IMG/VR virus record: IMGVR_UViG_3300032797_000730
Direction: 5' to 3' (one strand)
DNA: 64,000 bases
From: an uncultured virus (IMG/VR IMGVR_UViG_3300032797_000730)
Taxonomy: Duplodnaviria; Heunggongvirae; Uroviricota; Caudoviricetes
Made by a program: the position numbers and the translations under genes. Each line of letters starts with the position of its first letter. Within the stretch, counting starts at the first letter, position 1. Below, in pieces: positions 45,522 to 54,977 of this stretch. Under the pieces are notes generated by a model. The model made no database searches. It saw only the letters and a list, made by a program, of their open reading frames with translations, and was not told the origin of the DNA.

Positions 45522-45688
45522 TGTGCATGCAAGTCTACATCAAGGATGGAAAATGCCTCGCGTGCGGGGGCACCGGGATCATTTTATCCAGGTTCGAGAC
45601 CGAGGACGGGTACAAGTTTGGCCTCGGCGAGCCGTGCCCCGCGTGCAACGGGAAACCAGTCGTCGAGGGCCTGATCCACCTGGCCTAG
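45521..45688 (+). CDS. DnaJ-type CxxCxGxG Zn-finger small protein (not in ORF track)
   Basis: CLACGGTG...CPACNG; TAATG overlap; stop overlaps the convergent gene. Confidence 0.7.
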   Translation: MCMQVYIKDGKCLACGGTGIILSRFETEDGYKFGLGEPCPACNGKPVVEGLIHLA

Positions 45689-46035
45689 AGCGTGGGCGGC
45701 GCCAGGAAGGCCCTCTTGAAGTGGCGAACGCGCTGCCACGTCTCGACCGTGCCGTCGCTCGCCCCCCATTTATACCTATATTTTTCTGCATCCAGGCCAG
45801 CCCCGCCGTCGATGGTCCACACGTACTTCTTGTCGTTATCCCAATCGTTGTACGTGTATCTATAATGTCCCATTCCTATCGGCGTCATCAGCGCGGCGTT
45901 CACGACGACCGCCAGCGTGTCCGCGTCCATGATGGTTATGTGAGGGGTTAGACCGGTAACTGGGCCTGACGCGTTATTAAAAAAAGCAGATATGGTAACC
46001 GGTATATCGAACCCAGTTGGCCCTCCCATGATCAC
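45685..46035 (-). CDS. virion-associated Ig-like/beta-sandwich protein
   Basis: PVTGLTP.ITI...M..IG.G.Y.Y.Y pattern; last gene of the tail operon. Confidence 0.6.
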   Translation of the reverse strand: MIMGGPTGFDIPVTISAFFNNASGPVTGLTPHITIMDADTLAVVVNAALMTPIGMGHYRYTYNDWDNDKKYVWTIDGGAGLDAEKYRYKWGASDGTVETWQRVRHFKRAFLAPPTL

Positions 46036-46565
46036 AGCCCCGCCGCGGCGATGCCCTGCGTGGCCGCCGCTATCTTCTTTATCTCGTCAATGAGCTTGCC
46101 GAACGTCCCGGCCGTGACGTGGCCCGACGCGATCTCGTTCCACACGGCATCTGCTATCTCGCTTGCGGAGGGGTACGTTCCGCCCTCCGTGGTTATGCCG
46201 ACGGCATCGCTGGTGAGGAGGATGGTCGTCGTGACGTTGTAGCTGCCGAGCGTGGAGACGAACGTGTTACTCCCATACGTGCCAGGCTCGTCTATGAACA
46301 GGTTGCCCGTGAGCGTGAGCTGGTGGTTGGCCTCATGCGGCCGTATCTTCCAACCATTTGAAAGAAAAAAATAGGGAGCAACGCTCTTGCTCCCAGTTGT
46401 CGGGTCACCGCCAACGGTACGCATGGCTTGAAGGTACTTCGCATTGTCAGCAAGGATCATCCATTCCTTCCAGTCACTGTACAGGTCGATGGCAACATCG
46501 AGTTCCGTTTCCCCGAAGTTGACGATGATGAGCTTGTTAGGCCCATCGAAGGTGACCTTTGCCAT
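46032..46565 (-). CDS. putative virion structural protein
   Basis: VTFDGPNKLI...DLYSDWKEW...FFLSNGWKI; C-term IADAVWNE...GTFG. Confidence 0.65.
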   Translation of the reverse strand: MAKVTFDGPNKLIIVNFGETELDVAIDLYSDWKEWMILADNAKYLQAMRTVGGDPTTGSKSVAPYFFLSNGWKIRPHEANHQLTLTGNLFIDEPGTYGSNTFVSTLGSYNVTTTILLTSDAVGITTEGGTYPSASEIADAVWNEIASGHVTAGTFGKLIDEIKKIAAATQGIAAAGL

Positions 46566-46571
46566 GTGCTA

Positions 46572-48395
46572 TCACGCGTTGGCGTAGTTGCGTTCGAGTG
46601 GTGCGACGAGCGAGGCGATGTTGGACGTTGACCTGGTGATGGTAGCAGTGGCTTCCACGAACTGTGCTGTCTCCAACCCGAGAGAAATGGCTGTGATTGG
46701 GGCGTCTTCCCCATCTGACCCAGCTCCGCGTTGCACGTTGGAGTCGTATGCGAACGTGAGTATGATGGATGCTTCGTTGTTGACCTTCCCTCCCATCTGC
46801 TGCGTGATGGTTCCGCCGGTGTCAGCCGTCTCTGCCTCTTCACTGCCCGTGTTGGCATACGTGAACGTGTATGTCGTGACGCCCGTGACCACGTGGTTAC
46901 CGTTGTATCCCGTGCCACCGAGACCGGCGACCTTCACACAGTCTCCAACAGCGAGGCCGTGCGCTAGCGTTGTGGTGATGGTTGCGACGTTAGATCCGTT
47001 GCGGGCGCGGTATGTCGTGGCAAACGCGTTGTTGGTGTCGATGAGGATGGCGTTCGCGGTGCCATAGTCGTAGCCGAGATCGCTTCCAGCTTCGTCGTTG
47101 GTGAAGAACACGCGATAGATGGCGTCATCGTCATCCTGCAGGTTCTGCCCGAAGCTCAACGTGAGCACTGCCACGAATGGATACTGCACGTATGTCGGGG
47201 CCACGAAGTCGTCGTCTGCAAAGTAGATGCGGTTCGTGTCTTCCTCCTGGAAGTCCTCGATGAACGTGCCTTCCGCGGTGGTGTACAACTTCGTCTTGAG
47301 GTCTGTGCCGACGAACTCGATGATGTCGTTGGTGGTCTTGCCGGTCTTTGTGAGTGTTCCGCTCTCGTCTATGTCCCTGTTCTGGCGAAGCATGAACCGG
47401 ATGAACGTGTATATCTGCTCTGCCGTTCCTTGGTTACCATCGATGATAGCGTGGAAGTCATACGACGTTCCACCGATGCTCTTCGATTGTGGGGTGGCAT
47501 ACCAGGTGATGCTCATGCCGACAGCGTTCACCGTGTAGGTAACGCCTGTAGCAGTCGGAACAGCGACATCCGTGGTTATCTCCGTCCCGCTAACGCGGGT
47601 GGCTATCTTGTAAATGCCCATCGCAGCACCAGCCGCTATGCAGAGAAACTTTCCCACGTCCCCTGCTTCAAACGTGCCAGTGGCGCTCGTGAACGTCGTC
47701 GTCCCGTTCCCTACACCATCTGCAGCGGTCCTTACAATGCTGCCAAAGTATGGCGTCTTGCCGATCACGTTGGCGTCGGTATCCTCGATGCTGAGGTCGT
47801 CGCTATTGCTCAGAGGGAACCTGTAGCACTGGTAAGTCATCGTGGTGACACCAATATCGCTCAACTGGGACATTGCGTAGGTCTTGGCATACTCCCGCAC
47901 GAACAGCTTGAAGTAACTGCGGTAGTCGAAGTTACCATGCGTGCCGTCTCCATACACCTTCACGGCCTGGTTGCACGCCCCCGTGAGGAGCATGTTTGTT
48001 GAAGCCGCCGACACTGCTTGCTGGTAGTACACCTGCCCGCCCGTCCCGATGGTGCCCAAGCTGATGATGCACGCGTATTCCTCTTGGGAAACACCACCAG
48101 AATCTTTCAACGCCCACCCGCCAGTGCGGATGAGGCCACGCGTCGTGGCGTCTGCGAAGTCCCACCCGTCTATCAACTCGAACTGCTCCGCCGTGATCGC
48201 AGTGAACGGGAAGGGATACTTGATGAGGTTGCTGTCACTCTTCCATTCCTCCTTGCAGAAGGAATAGAGGCACTGGAGAGTGATGCCATCAGTGGTAAGG
48301 TCTCCGGCTACGACGAGCTGGATGGTCTTGGCCGATGCGGTTATTACAACCTCGACTCCCTGTGCCAGCACGTCTGGGTCTGTTATCAACGTCAT
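46572..48395 (-). CDS. putative virion structural protein with FCCH-like beta insert
   Basis: 607 aa, Thr/Gly-rich; ATITTTLAHGLAVGDCVKVAG..GYNG insert. Confidence 0.65.
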   Translation of the reverse strand: MTLITDPDVLAQGVEVVITASAKTIQLVVAGDLTTDGITLQCLYSFCKEEWKSDSNLIKYPFPFTAITAEQFELIDGWDFADATTRGLIRTGGWALKDSGGVSQEEYACIISLGTIGTGGQVYYQQAVSAASTNMLLTGACNQAVKVYGDGTHGNFDYRSYFKLFVREYAKTYAMSQLSDIGVTTMTYQCYRFPLSNSDDLSIEDTDANVIGKTPYFGSIVRTAADGVGNGTTTFTSATGTFEAGDVGKFLCIAAGAAMGIYKIATRVSGTEITTDVAVPTATGVTYTVNAVGMSITWYATPQSKSIGGTSYDFHAIIDGNQGTAEQIYTFIRFMLRQNRDIDESGTLTKTGKTTNDIIEFVGTDLKTKLYTTAEGTFIEDFQEEDTNRIYFADDDFVAPTYVQYPFVAVLTLSFGQNLQDDDDAIYRVFFTNDEAGSDLGYDYGTANAILIDTNNAFATTYRARNGSNVATITTTLAHGLAVGDCVKVAGLGGTGYNGNHVVTGVTTYTFTYANTGSEEAETADTGGTITQQMGGKVNNEASIILTFAYDSNVQRGAGSDGEDAPITAISLGLETAQFVEATATITRSTSNIASLVAPLERNYANA

Positions 48396-51025
48396 GTCGG
48401 GTTCACGTAGTTCCTGTCTATTCGTTGTTGCACTGGAATGCTGGCATCAGCATCCAGTAACGTGTAACTATTTATCCTGTAATACTCGTACCCAAGAGAG
48501 TGGATTACAATATCGACGACGGTGTCCGCCGCATACGTGTACTCGTAGCCCCAGCTCGTGTCGCTTTCCTCGATACCACCCAGTTCCGTTGCCTCTCCTT
48601 CGACCAAGACACGTACTTCACTACCAGCGACAAGGCCAGTGAGCGTGAGCGTGCGCTGGTCGTATGGATAGATGACCTCTTGTGCCGTCGTGTCTGCATT
48701 CGTGAGGATGTAGAAGCTGGTAAGGGTGTTCGTCGTGGCTCCGGTGATGCATGTTATCCGTATCTTGAGGTAGAACCCGTCGTCGGCATCTATGGTTTCA
48801 CCACTCAGATTGGCACTGGTCGCCGCTTTCCACGCGCTCCAATCGCCGGTCGTCTTGATCGCATATTCCTTGGATAGGTTTGTCGATGCGCCGGTTCCCG
48901 TCACGACGGCGTCCGCGGCTTGGAACGAGTCGATGCCGAGAATCTTGAACGGGTACTCGAAGATAACATAATCGTTGAGGTTCTGCAACGAGAGCAAGCC
49001 CGCGCCGGTGAATCCCGAAGAGCCGGTGAAGGACGTGGTGATATAGGGAACCATGGTGGATGCTGGCGGGTTGAGGCACAAGCCGAGCCGTCCGGCACTC
49101 GAGCTCGTGTAGATGTTGTAGAACGTGAAGTCATATACGCTCGTAGCACCAGCGTACATGGAGGCGCCACCCATGCTCTTGATGACCGTGTCTTGCGTGA
49201 TTAGGCCCGCTGTGGCAGAGTTCGAGATCGTGTCGGCGTAGTCGCCAGCACAGTTGATGACACTGACGGCATATGAGTTGTTTGCCATGATGAAGAACCG
49301 GGTGGCAAGGTTCACAGCATATACCTTCAACAGTTCGATGCCGACGTTGTTACCACCGTCCGTGATGACGGACAGCATCACGTTCGAGCTGCCGCCATCG
49401 ATGGGAGAGGCACGTGTCCCGACGTTGCGGAACTTCACGTCGATGTTACCCGTGACGTACAAGATGCACGAATCGTGGTGGACATTGCTGATGCTCGGAT
49501 ACCACGAGAACCCGTCCAGTTTCACCGTAGCACAATTGAGGAAGTATATCGCACCGAGCGAGACGTTCGTGTTGCTACTCGTTGTATGATACCAATCAGC
49601 GTAGACGTGGTTCGTGATCGTTACAGTGTTACACGTCGTGGCGTACACTCCGTTGCCTATCGTCGTGCAGCCGGTCAGCACGATGTTCTTGGACGAGTTG
49701 ATGAGCCCTATCGGGAATGACGTCGCGTTCGTCCGTACAGTGCGGTTTCCAACGATGCAGCTCGTGAACGTGATGTTCTCGCAGTAGGACACGCTGACGC
49801 CGTAGTCATTGGCGGCAATCGTTCCAGTGCGCCCGATGACGCAGTTTGAAACAGCACATGTTTTGTGATTGCTGAGAAGGATCAGCGCCACGGTGTCGCC
49901 GTTGTTGTAATTGGAATTACAAACCGTGTCGAGCACGATCTCGCCAAATATCTCGCTCAACGACATCTGGTCGAAATAACTGCTGTATTTCACCGTGACG
50001 GCTTCTGGAGTGTCCGGGTCTGGCGGGGACGCTTGGTTTGCGGCGAGATACCAATCACCGGTGATGTATTCCATGTCTATGGTGCCGCCGCTCGTCGTGG
50101 TGAAGTCTGGCCGGTTCGCGAGTGTCGAGTTCGGCACGGCTATAGTTCCGCGAGAGGCGGTTGCACATTCTGTGAATATGATATTCGGGATGCGGATGTT
50201 ACAACCACTAACTGGTAGTTTCCCGATGCTGTTCGTGCCATCGTTCCCGATTCGGAGGAGGCCTCCGCCGGTGCTCATCAACTCGACACACGTGGATCGG
50301 GCATCCGTGCCCATGTGCGAGGTCGTGAACCCGCCCGCAGCACTGGCGATTTGAGCATGGAAGTATTCGTACACGCCAGTCCCCACGCCGGTCTCTATCC
50401 ACAAGCCGGGTATGCGGACGTTCGCTTGTCCCATGTTCGGGCATTGCACTTGTTGGCCACGCGCACCGGTAGTCGTGCCGAGGTAGAACCAATCACCACG
50501 CGATTGTATCGTGCATCCGGACGCCGTCGTGTGCGACGCTGACGAGTCTATCCGCACCTCTATCCACCCTGTAACCGTCGCACCGTTCGTTGTGCATGTC
50601 GTGAACGTGTTCAATGATTCTGACACGTTGAAGTTCCCAGACGTGCTCTTGAACTTGAGAAAACCACTCGCTGGCATGGCGCTACCAGCCGCTGTTGGAG
50701 CAACGTTTATCGACGAGTACACGCCGAGCAACTCGCCCGTCACGCCACTCGTCGCGCCCGTGATCGTGCTGCCAAGTGCCGGGACGTTGCCCGTCGCGCC
50801 CGTGTACGGCACCCACTTGACATACCTGGCATCGTAGAGGATCTTTCCCGTGGAACCCGCTGTAAATGCCACGCCACCGATGCTGTTGCTTCCCCACGTG
50901 GTCACGTTCTTGTGGTAGCATGTATCGGTGTTCACCGTGAGTATTGCTCCGGTATCCATCGTGAACACCTCGCCCGCGGTTCGTACCGCAGAGTCCAGGT
51001 CTTGCGAAGACGATATGGTCGCCAT
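48392..51025 (-). CDS. large tail fibre/adhesin-like protein with beta-helix region
   Basis: 877 aa, Thr/Ser/Asn-rich, repeated C.N.T...C beta-helix turns. Confidence 0.7.
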   Translation of the reverse strand: MATISSSQDLDSAVRTAGEVFTMDTGAILTVNTDTCYHKNVTTWGSNSIGGVAFTAGSTGKILYDARYVKWVPYTGATGNVPALGSTITGATSGVTGELLGVYSSINVAPTAAGSAMPASGFLKFKSTSGNFNVSESLNTFTTCTTNGATVTGWIEVRIDSSASHTTASGCTIQSRGDWFYLGTTTGARGQQVQCPNMGQANVRIPGLWIETGVGTGVYEYFHAQIASAAGGFTTSHMGTDARSTCVELMSTGGGLLRIGNDGTNSIGKLPVSGCNIRIPNIIFTECATASRGTIAVPNSTLANRPDFTTTSGGTIDMEYITGDWYLAANQASPPDPDTPEAVTVKYSSYFDQMSLSEIFGEIVLDTVCNSNYNNGDTVALILLSNHKTCAVSNCVIGRTGTIAANDYGVSVSYCENITFTSCIVGNRTVRTNATSFPIGLINSSKNIVLTGCTTIGNGVYATTCNTVTITNHVYADWYHTTSSNTNVSLGAIYFLNCATVKLDGFSWYPSISNVHHDSCILYVTGNIDVKFRNVGTRASPIDGGSSNVMLSVITDGGNNVGIELLKVYAVNLATRFFIMANNSYAVSVINCAGDYADTISNSATAGLITQDTVIKSMGGASMYAGATSVYDFTFYNIYTSSSAGRLGLCLNPPASTMVPYITTSFTGSSGFTGAGLLSLQNLNDYVIFEYPFKILGIDSFQAADAVVTGTGASTNLSKEYAIKTTGDWSAWKAATSANLSGETIDADDGFYLKIRITCITGATTNTLTSFYILTNADTTAQEVIYPYDQRTLTLTGLVAGSEVRVLVEGEATELGGIEESDTSWGYEYTYAADTVVDIVIHSLGYEYYRINSYTLLDADASIPVQQRIDRNYVNPT

Positions 51026-51267
51026 TATGCTTCCACCCAGTCGATGCTCGTCAGCAACCCGTCAGTGTATCCGAGCGTTCCCGTTCGCACGCCCACGTCT
51101 TCTACGGACGTGAGCACCCCGTCCGTGTATGACAGGTTGATCACCCTCCCGCTGGCGAACGTTATCTTCGTGAGAAGCCCGTCCGTGTACTCGAAGTCAG
51201 CATCCGATGGAGGCGTTGATCCACCGCCCCCTCCGCCACCGGCGCCAGTCGGGAACGACCGGTACAT
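51025..51267 (-). CDS. small protein with three YTDG(L/V)LT repeats
   Basis: Poly-Gly followed by FEYTDGLLT, LSYTDGVLT, LGYTDGLLT. Confidence 0.7.
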   Translation of the reverse strand: MYRSFPTGAGGGGGGGSTPPSDADFEYTDGLLTKITFASGRVINLSYTDGVLTSVEDVGVRTGTLGYTDGLLTSIDWVEA

Positions 51268-51471
51268 CTATGCGATCGGCCCTCCTGTCGTTTCTGCCAG
51301 CTCCCCTGCAGGGAGGCTCACGCTCCCCTTAGTCTCCCCGGGGGGTGGCGGTGGTGCGGATTTCAACAACACCAGCATCTCCTTCACGATCTCGATTATG
51401 GCGCCGAGCAGCGCTAGCCTGTACTTCAACCAGAGGACCTCGGCTGTATCTCCGGGTGTTTGTGTGCTCAT
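51268..51471 (-). CDS. hypothetical protein
   Basis: 67 aa; stop abuts the next start. Confidence 0.65.
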   Translation of the reverse strand: MSTQTPGDTAEVLWLKYRLALLGAIIEIVKEMLVLLKSAPPPPPGETKGSVSLPAGELAETTGGPIA

Positions 51472-51492
51472 ATGCCCAACCTACCACGACGC

Positions 51493-51508
51493 TTTATTAA
51501 ACGTTTTC
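51493..51508 (-). promoter_or_regulatory. putative BRE/TATA promoter
   Basis: GAAAACG-TTTAATAAA ~22 nt upstream of ATG 51471 (leaderless geometry). Confidence 0.6.
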
Positions 51509-51702
51509 TACCAGCTGATCTTGCCGAATATCAACAGCAACACGAAGACCGCGGCCGCTCCCAAGACGAAGCCTGTCACCGCGTAGATGCCCCGCATGAA
51601 CATCTCATGCCATTTATGCCACCAGTACGCCGCCAGCGCGAAGCATACCACGAACATCACGCCCATGATGGCGAGCCACCAGTACCATTCCATATCATCC
51701 AC
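51508..51702 (-). CDS. small 2-TM membrane protein
   Basis: Two strongly hydrophobic segments. Confidence 0.7.
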   Translation of the reverse strand: MDDMEWYWWLAIMGVMFVVCFALAAYWWHKWHEMFMRGIYAVTGFVLGAAAVFVLLLIFGKISW

Positions 51703-52399
51703 CCTTGTTGAAAAGTTTAAACAACTTCTCCTTTACCTTGTTTAAATCAATATCTTTCTCTTGGGTACGGAGCTGCTCGTTGTACTTCTCCAGCTCCTTT
51801 CGCTTGGCCCTGTTCTTCATCACGTTCTCGTCTGACTTGATGGCCTTGATAAGTGCTTCTATCTGGCCAACATTCCCCTTCTCCCTTGCCGACATGGCCT
51901 TGAGCTTGACGTTGGCAACGAGTGAGTCGAGTATGACCTCCAACGCCTCGTCTACTTTAGGATCGTTCCGTATCCTGTTCCAGCGCTTCTTGTTTTTCAA
52001 GACGCCATACTCCTGCTCCTTCCTATACTCTTCTAAAGCCTTGGTGACCTTTGGCTGGGAGATTATCTTCTTTACCGACATGAGTGCTTCGATATCTACA
52101 GCGCTATCCTCCATGTCGAGCTTGAGCGTGTACTCGCTCTCGAACTTCTTGAGGAACTGCTTCGCCCTCTCCAAGCTCATCTTTGACACGATGCCGTTGA
52201 GCAGGAGCAGTAGCTCCATGAGTTTGCCCTTCCCCATGGCACGGGCGGTCTTGTACCCGACATCGTTCTTTATCCGCATGATGATGATGACGAACGCGCA
52301 GAACACGGTTATCCCCACGCCGAACTTGTTGAGGAAGTCCGAGAAGAGGGACATCAGCTCCTCCACGTCCTGCATGAGGAAAAAAAGAAAGGGAAACAC
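51695..52399 (-). CDS. membrane-anchored coiled-coil protein
   Basis: N-terminal TM, charged helical remainder. Confidence 0.75.
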   Translation of the reverse strand: MFPFLFFLMQDVEELMSLFSDFLNKFGVGITVFCAFVIIIMRIKNDVGYKTARAMGKGKLMELLLLLNGIVSKMSLERAKQFLKKFESEYTLKLDMEDSAVDIEALMSVKKIISQPKVTKALEEYRKEQEYGVLKNKKRWNRIRNDPKVDEALEVILDSLVANVKLKAMSAREKGNVGQIEALIKAIKSDENVMKNRAKRKELEKYNEQLRTQEKDIDLNKVKEKLFKLFNKGG

Positions 52400-52402
52400 C
52401 TC

Positions 52403-52993
52403 CTATTTGAAGAACGTGCTCCACACGTAGGAGACGAGCATGGCCACGCTCAGCATGACGCTGACGACGATCTTCACGAGCGTCGCATACGAGATGACGA
52501 TGTCGCTCTTGTTTTTCTGGAAGTTCTTTTGCTTCTCCTCGATCTCCGCCAGGACCTTCTTGCCCTCGGCTATCTCGGCCGCGATATCGTCCTTGTACTT
52601 CACGAGGTTGAGGAGAACGTCCTTGAACTTCGGGTCGATGTTCATGGCATCGAGGAAGTCGTTGATGGCCTTGTTGGCTGCTTCCACCTCGGTCATCTTC
52701 TTCTCCTTGATGTCGGAGACCATCTCCGCGAGCTCCTTCTTCATCTTGGCGAGGATGTCAGTGCCGTTCTTGAGAACGTCATCCACGGTTGATTTGCCCG
52801 TCCGCCTGAGGCCCTCCAAGTAGGAGGAGAGCTTTCCCTTGAAGTCCTTCTCCAGCAAGACCTTCACGTTGTCCGCTATGTCCGGGACTTCTGACGTGAT
52901 GATCTGCGTGACCTGTTTTAGCAACGCGTCCTTCGCCGTCTCCGGTGTCGGAGGAACTGGCGGAGTCGTTGGCTTTGCTGATGTTGACATCAT
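52403..52993 (-). CDS. coiled-coil protein with C-terminal TM anchor
   Basis: MMSTSAKP...; ends VKIVVSVMLSVAMLVSYVWSTFFK. Confidence 0.75.
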   Translation of the reverse strand: MMSTSAKPTTPPVPPTPETAKDALLKQVTQIITSEVPDIADNVKVLLEKDFKGKLSSYLEGLRRTGKSTVDDVLKNGTDILAKMKKELAEMVSDIKEKKMTEVEAANKAINDFLDAMNIDPKFKDVLLNLVKYKDDIAAEIAEGKKVLAEIEEKQKNFQKNKSDIVISYATLVKIVVSVMLSVAMLVSYVWSTFFK

Positions 52994-53286
52994 ATCACCA
53001 ATATTAACTGCATAACGTTCCATATAACAGGAATTGCAAAACAAATTACGAGAAAGTATCCCAGCTTCATGGACTTGCTGGCGATATACCCAGAAAGTAA
53101 TACGAGTAGTATCGAGATTCCAATCCAGCCAAACACCCCGTAGATGGACGACAAGCACCATGCTGAAATGTAATTTAACTCGGTCGCTCCCAGGATGCCT
53201 ACCATGTAACACGTTAGCAAGTAATCCGCCGCTCTCTCCATGAAGGCGAGAAACGTGAAATTGATAAACGTGTTTTTTTGCTCCAT
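52990..53286 (-). CDS. low-GC multi-TM membrane protein (DUF5658-like)
   Basis: AADYLLT...GATELN pattern, 3 TM segments, AT-rich codons. Confidence 0.65.
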   Translation of the reverse strand: MEQKNTFINFTFLAFMERAADYLLTCYMVGILGATELNYISAWCLSSIYGVFGWIGISILLVLLSGYIASKSMKLGYFLVICFAIPVIWNVMQLILVI

Positions 53287-53291
53287 TCACA

Positions 53292-54977
53292 TCACGAGTT
53301 GTTGTTTGCGTTTATGTCATTTCCCCCGCCGACTGTAACCCCTTGGGAATGTGCATTGTTAGCCACGACGACGTTCTCGCTACCCCCGCTGCAAGTTAAC
53401 CCGCTGATTGTGCTTCCAGTAGCTACCCCTTTTATGGTATTTCCAACAGCGGTACACGCGACGGTGGACCCCATGTTTATCCCGTAGGATGACCCTGCAA
53501 CTGCATTGGATGTCACGGTATCAATCGTGTTCCCGGTGACGCTCGTGTACTCGACAGCTCCCGCACCGGTTAATATGATGCCATAACACATCTGGGCTCC
53601 AGTGCCGCCGCCCGTTATGCTGTATATGAAGTTCCCGCTTATCGCTCCCCTTCCAGAATTAGTATATATCCCGGCTGTGGTAGAAGCACTAGTCCCGCAA
53701 GAAATACTCGCTATCGAGTTGCCGGTGATGGTGAAATTGTCCGATCCTCCAACATTGACGGATATGCCTATTGCTTCTTTGGCAGCCGTGGCTATTGTCA
53801 ACGACTTGATCGTGTTGTTAGCTATCAGTACACCGACGCTGCTGTTTATTCCATAAGAATTATAGGATGCAGAGGACAGCGTGCTTATGTAGTTCCCTTT
53901 CACGGCACACCCAGAAGAAGACACCAGGATACCGTATAGATCGGTAGTCGTGCTAGTGAGATTGTAGATGATGTTGTTTTCTGCTACGCAATTAGTAGAT
54001 CCGAGTATGATACCTGCATGGAATGCCCCGGTGATGTAACAAGATGATATCCTGATGTAGGAACCCGTGGCCGTTTCGATGCCGTGTTCGGAGTTCGAGT
54101 AAGTACCGCTGTAAGTTATCTCGCAATGATCTATGACAGCGTTAGCGCTGGCACAATACACGTTGCCAACAACGATGGAATTAATTAACCTTATTCCTGC
54201 ACCAGTGTTCATGTTTATCTCACCGTTCACGGACACGTTTTCCAAAACAGCGTTTGCCCCCGTAATGGTAACATCTCCCGTTATAACGACGGTGTTCCTG
54301 TCAATACCAGATATTATGATCGTGTCAGCAATAGTTACATTTTCCGTGTACGTTCCAGGTGACAGGATTATTGTACCATGCCCTCCAAGTGCAGTGATCG
54401 CTGTTGAAATACTGTCTCCTTCTTTAAGGAATATCACCATTTTATTTGCGCCATCCGTTCCTATTTTCCTTGGAACGAGTAGCTCGGCCTTCATGCTCCC
54501 ACCAACACTAACATTTAATATATCATCCTCGGTCTTGAGATTGCGAACGTCAACGAGTGCGTTATCTCCAGAGCCTCGGATGGCGATTATGACATCCGTT
54601 GGTAGCACGCTGGTCTTGTCCTTCACCGAGATGACGCCATCGTTAGACGCGACCACGCACTTGGTAACGGCGCTGATGTTGAGGGCCGTCACTGCCGCGC
54701 AGAGCACCACGCGAGAGTTACCATCCCCGTTCCTCGTGAGGATGTAGCCGTTGGCCACGTCGCAGTCGTCATACGTGCCACTAGGCGCCAGGTTCCCCGT
54801 GCCCGAGTCCATGAGTAGCATTGCCGTCTCGCGGGAGTGGAGAATGTTCCTGATTGCTGCCTGCAGCCCTGGCTTGCCAGCATTGTCCAGCTCGTTGTTG
54901 AACTGGTCCTGGACGATGCGCCCTTCGCCATAAAGGTTCCGGGTCCAGTCGTTGTTTCCCTCGGGATCGACCATCAC
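53292..54977 (-). CDS. tailspike with right-handed parallel beta-helix (pectin-lyase-like)
   Basis: SISTAI...GTIILSPGTYTENVTI, then repeated GI....I.GN.I units. Confidence 0.82.
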   Translation of the reverse strand: MMVDPEGNNDWTRNLYGEGRIVQDQFNNELDNAGKPGLQAAIRNILHSRETAMLLMDSGTGNLAPSGTYDDCDVANGYILTRNGDGNSRVVLCAAVTALNISAVTKCVVASNDGVISVKDKTSVLPTDVIIAIRGSGDNALVDVRNLKTEDDILNVSVGGSMKAELLVPRKIGTDGANKMVIFLKEGDSISTAITALGGHGTIILSPGTYTENVTIADTIIISGIDRNTVVITGDVTITGANAVLENVSVNGEINMNTGAGIRLINSIVVGNVYCASANAVIDHCEITYSGTYSNSEHGIETATGSYIRISSCYITGAFHAGIILGSTNCVAENNIIYNLTSTTTDLYGILVSSSGCAVKGNYISTLSSASYNSYGINSSVGVLIANNTIKSLTIATAAKEAIGISVNVGGSDNFTITGNSIASISCGTSASTTAGIYTNSGRGAISGNFIYSITGGGTGAQMCYGIILTGAGAVEYTSVTGNTIDTVTSNAVAGSSYGINMGSTVACTAVGNTIKGVATGSTISGLTCSGGSENVVVANNAHSQGVTVGGGNDINANNNS

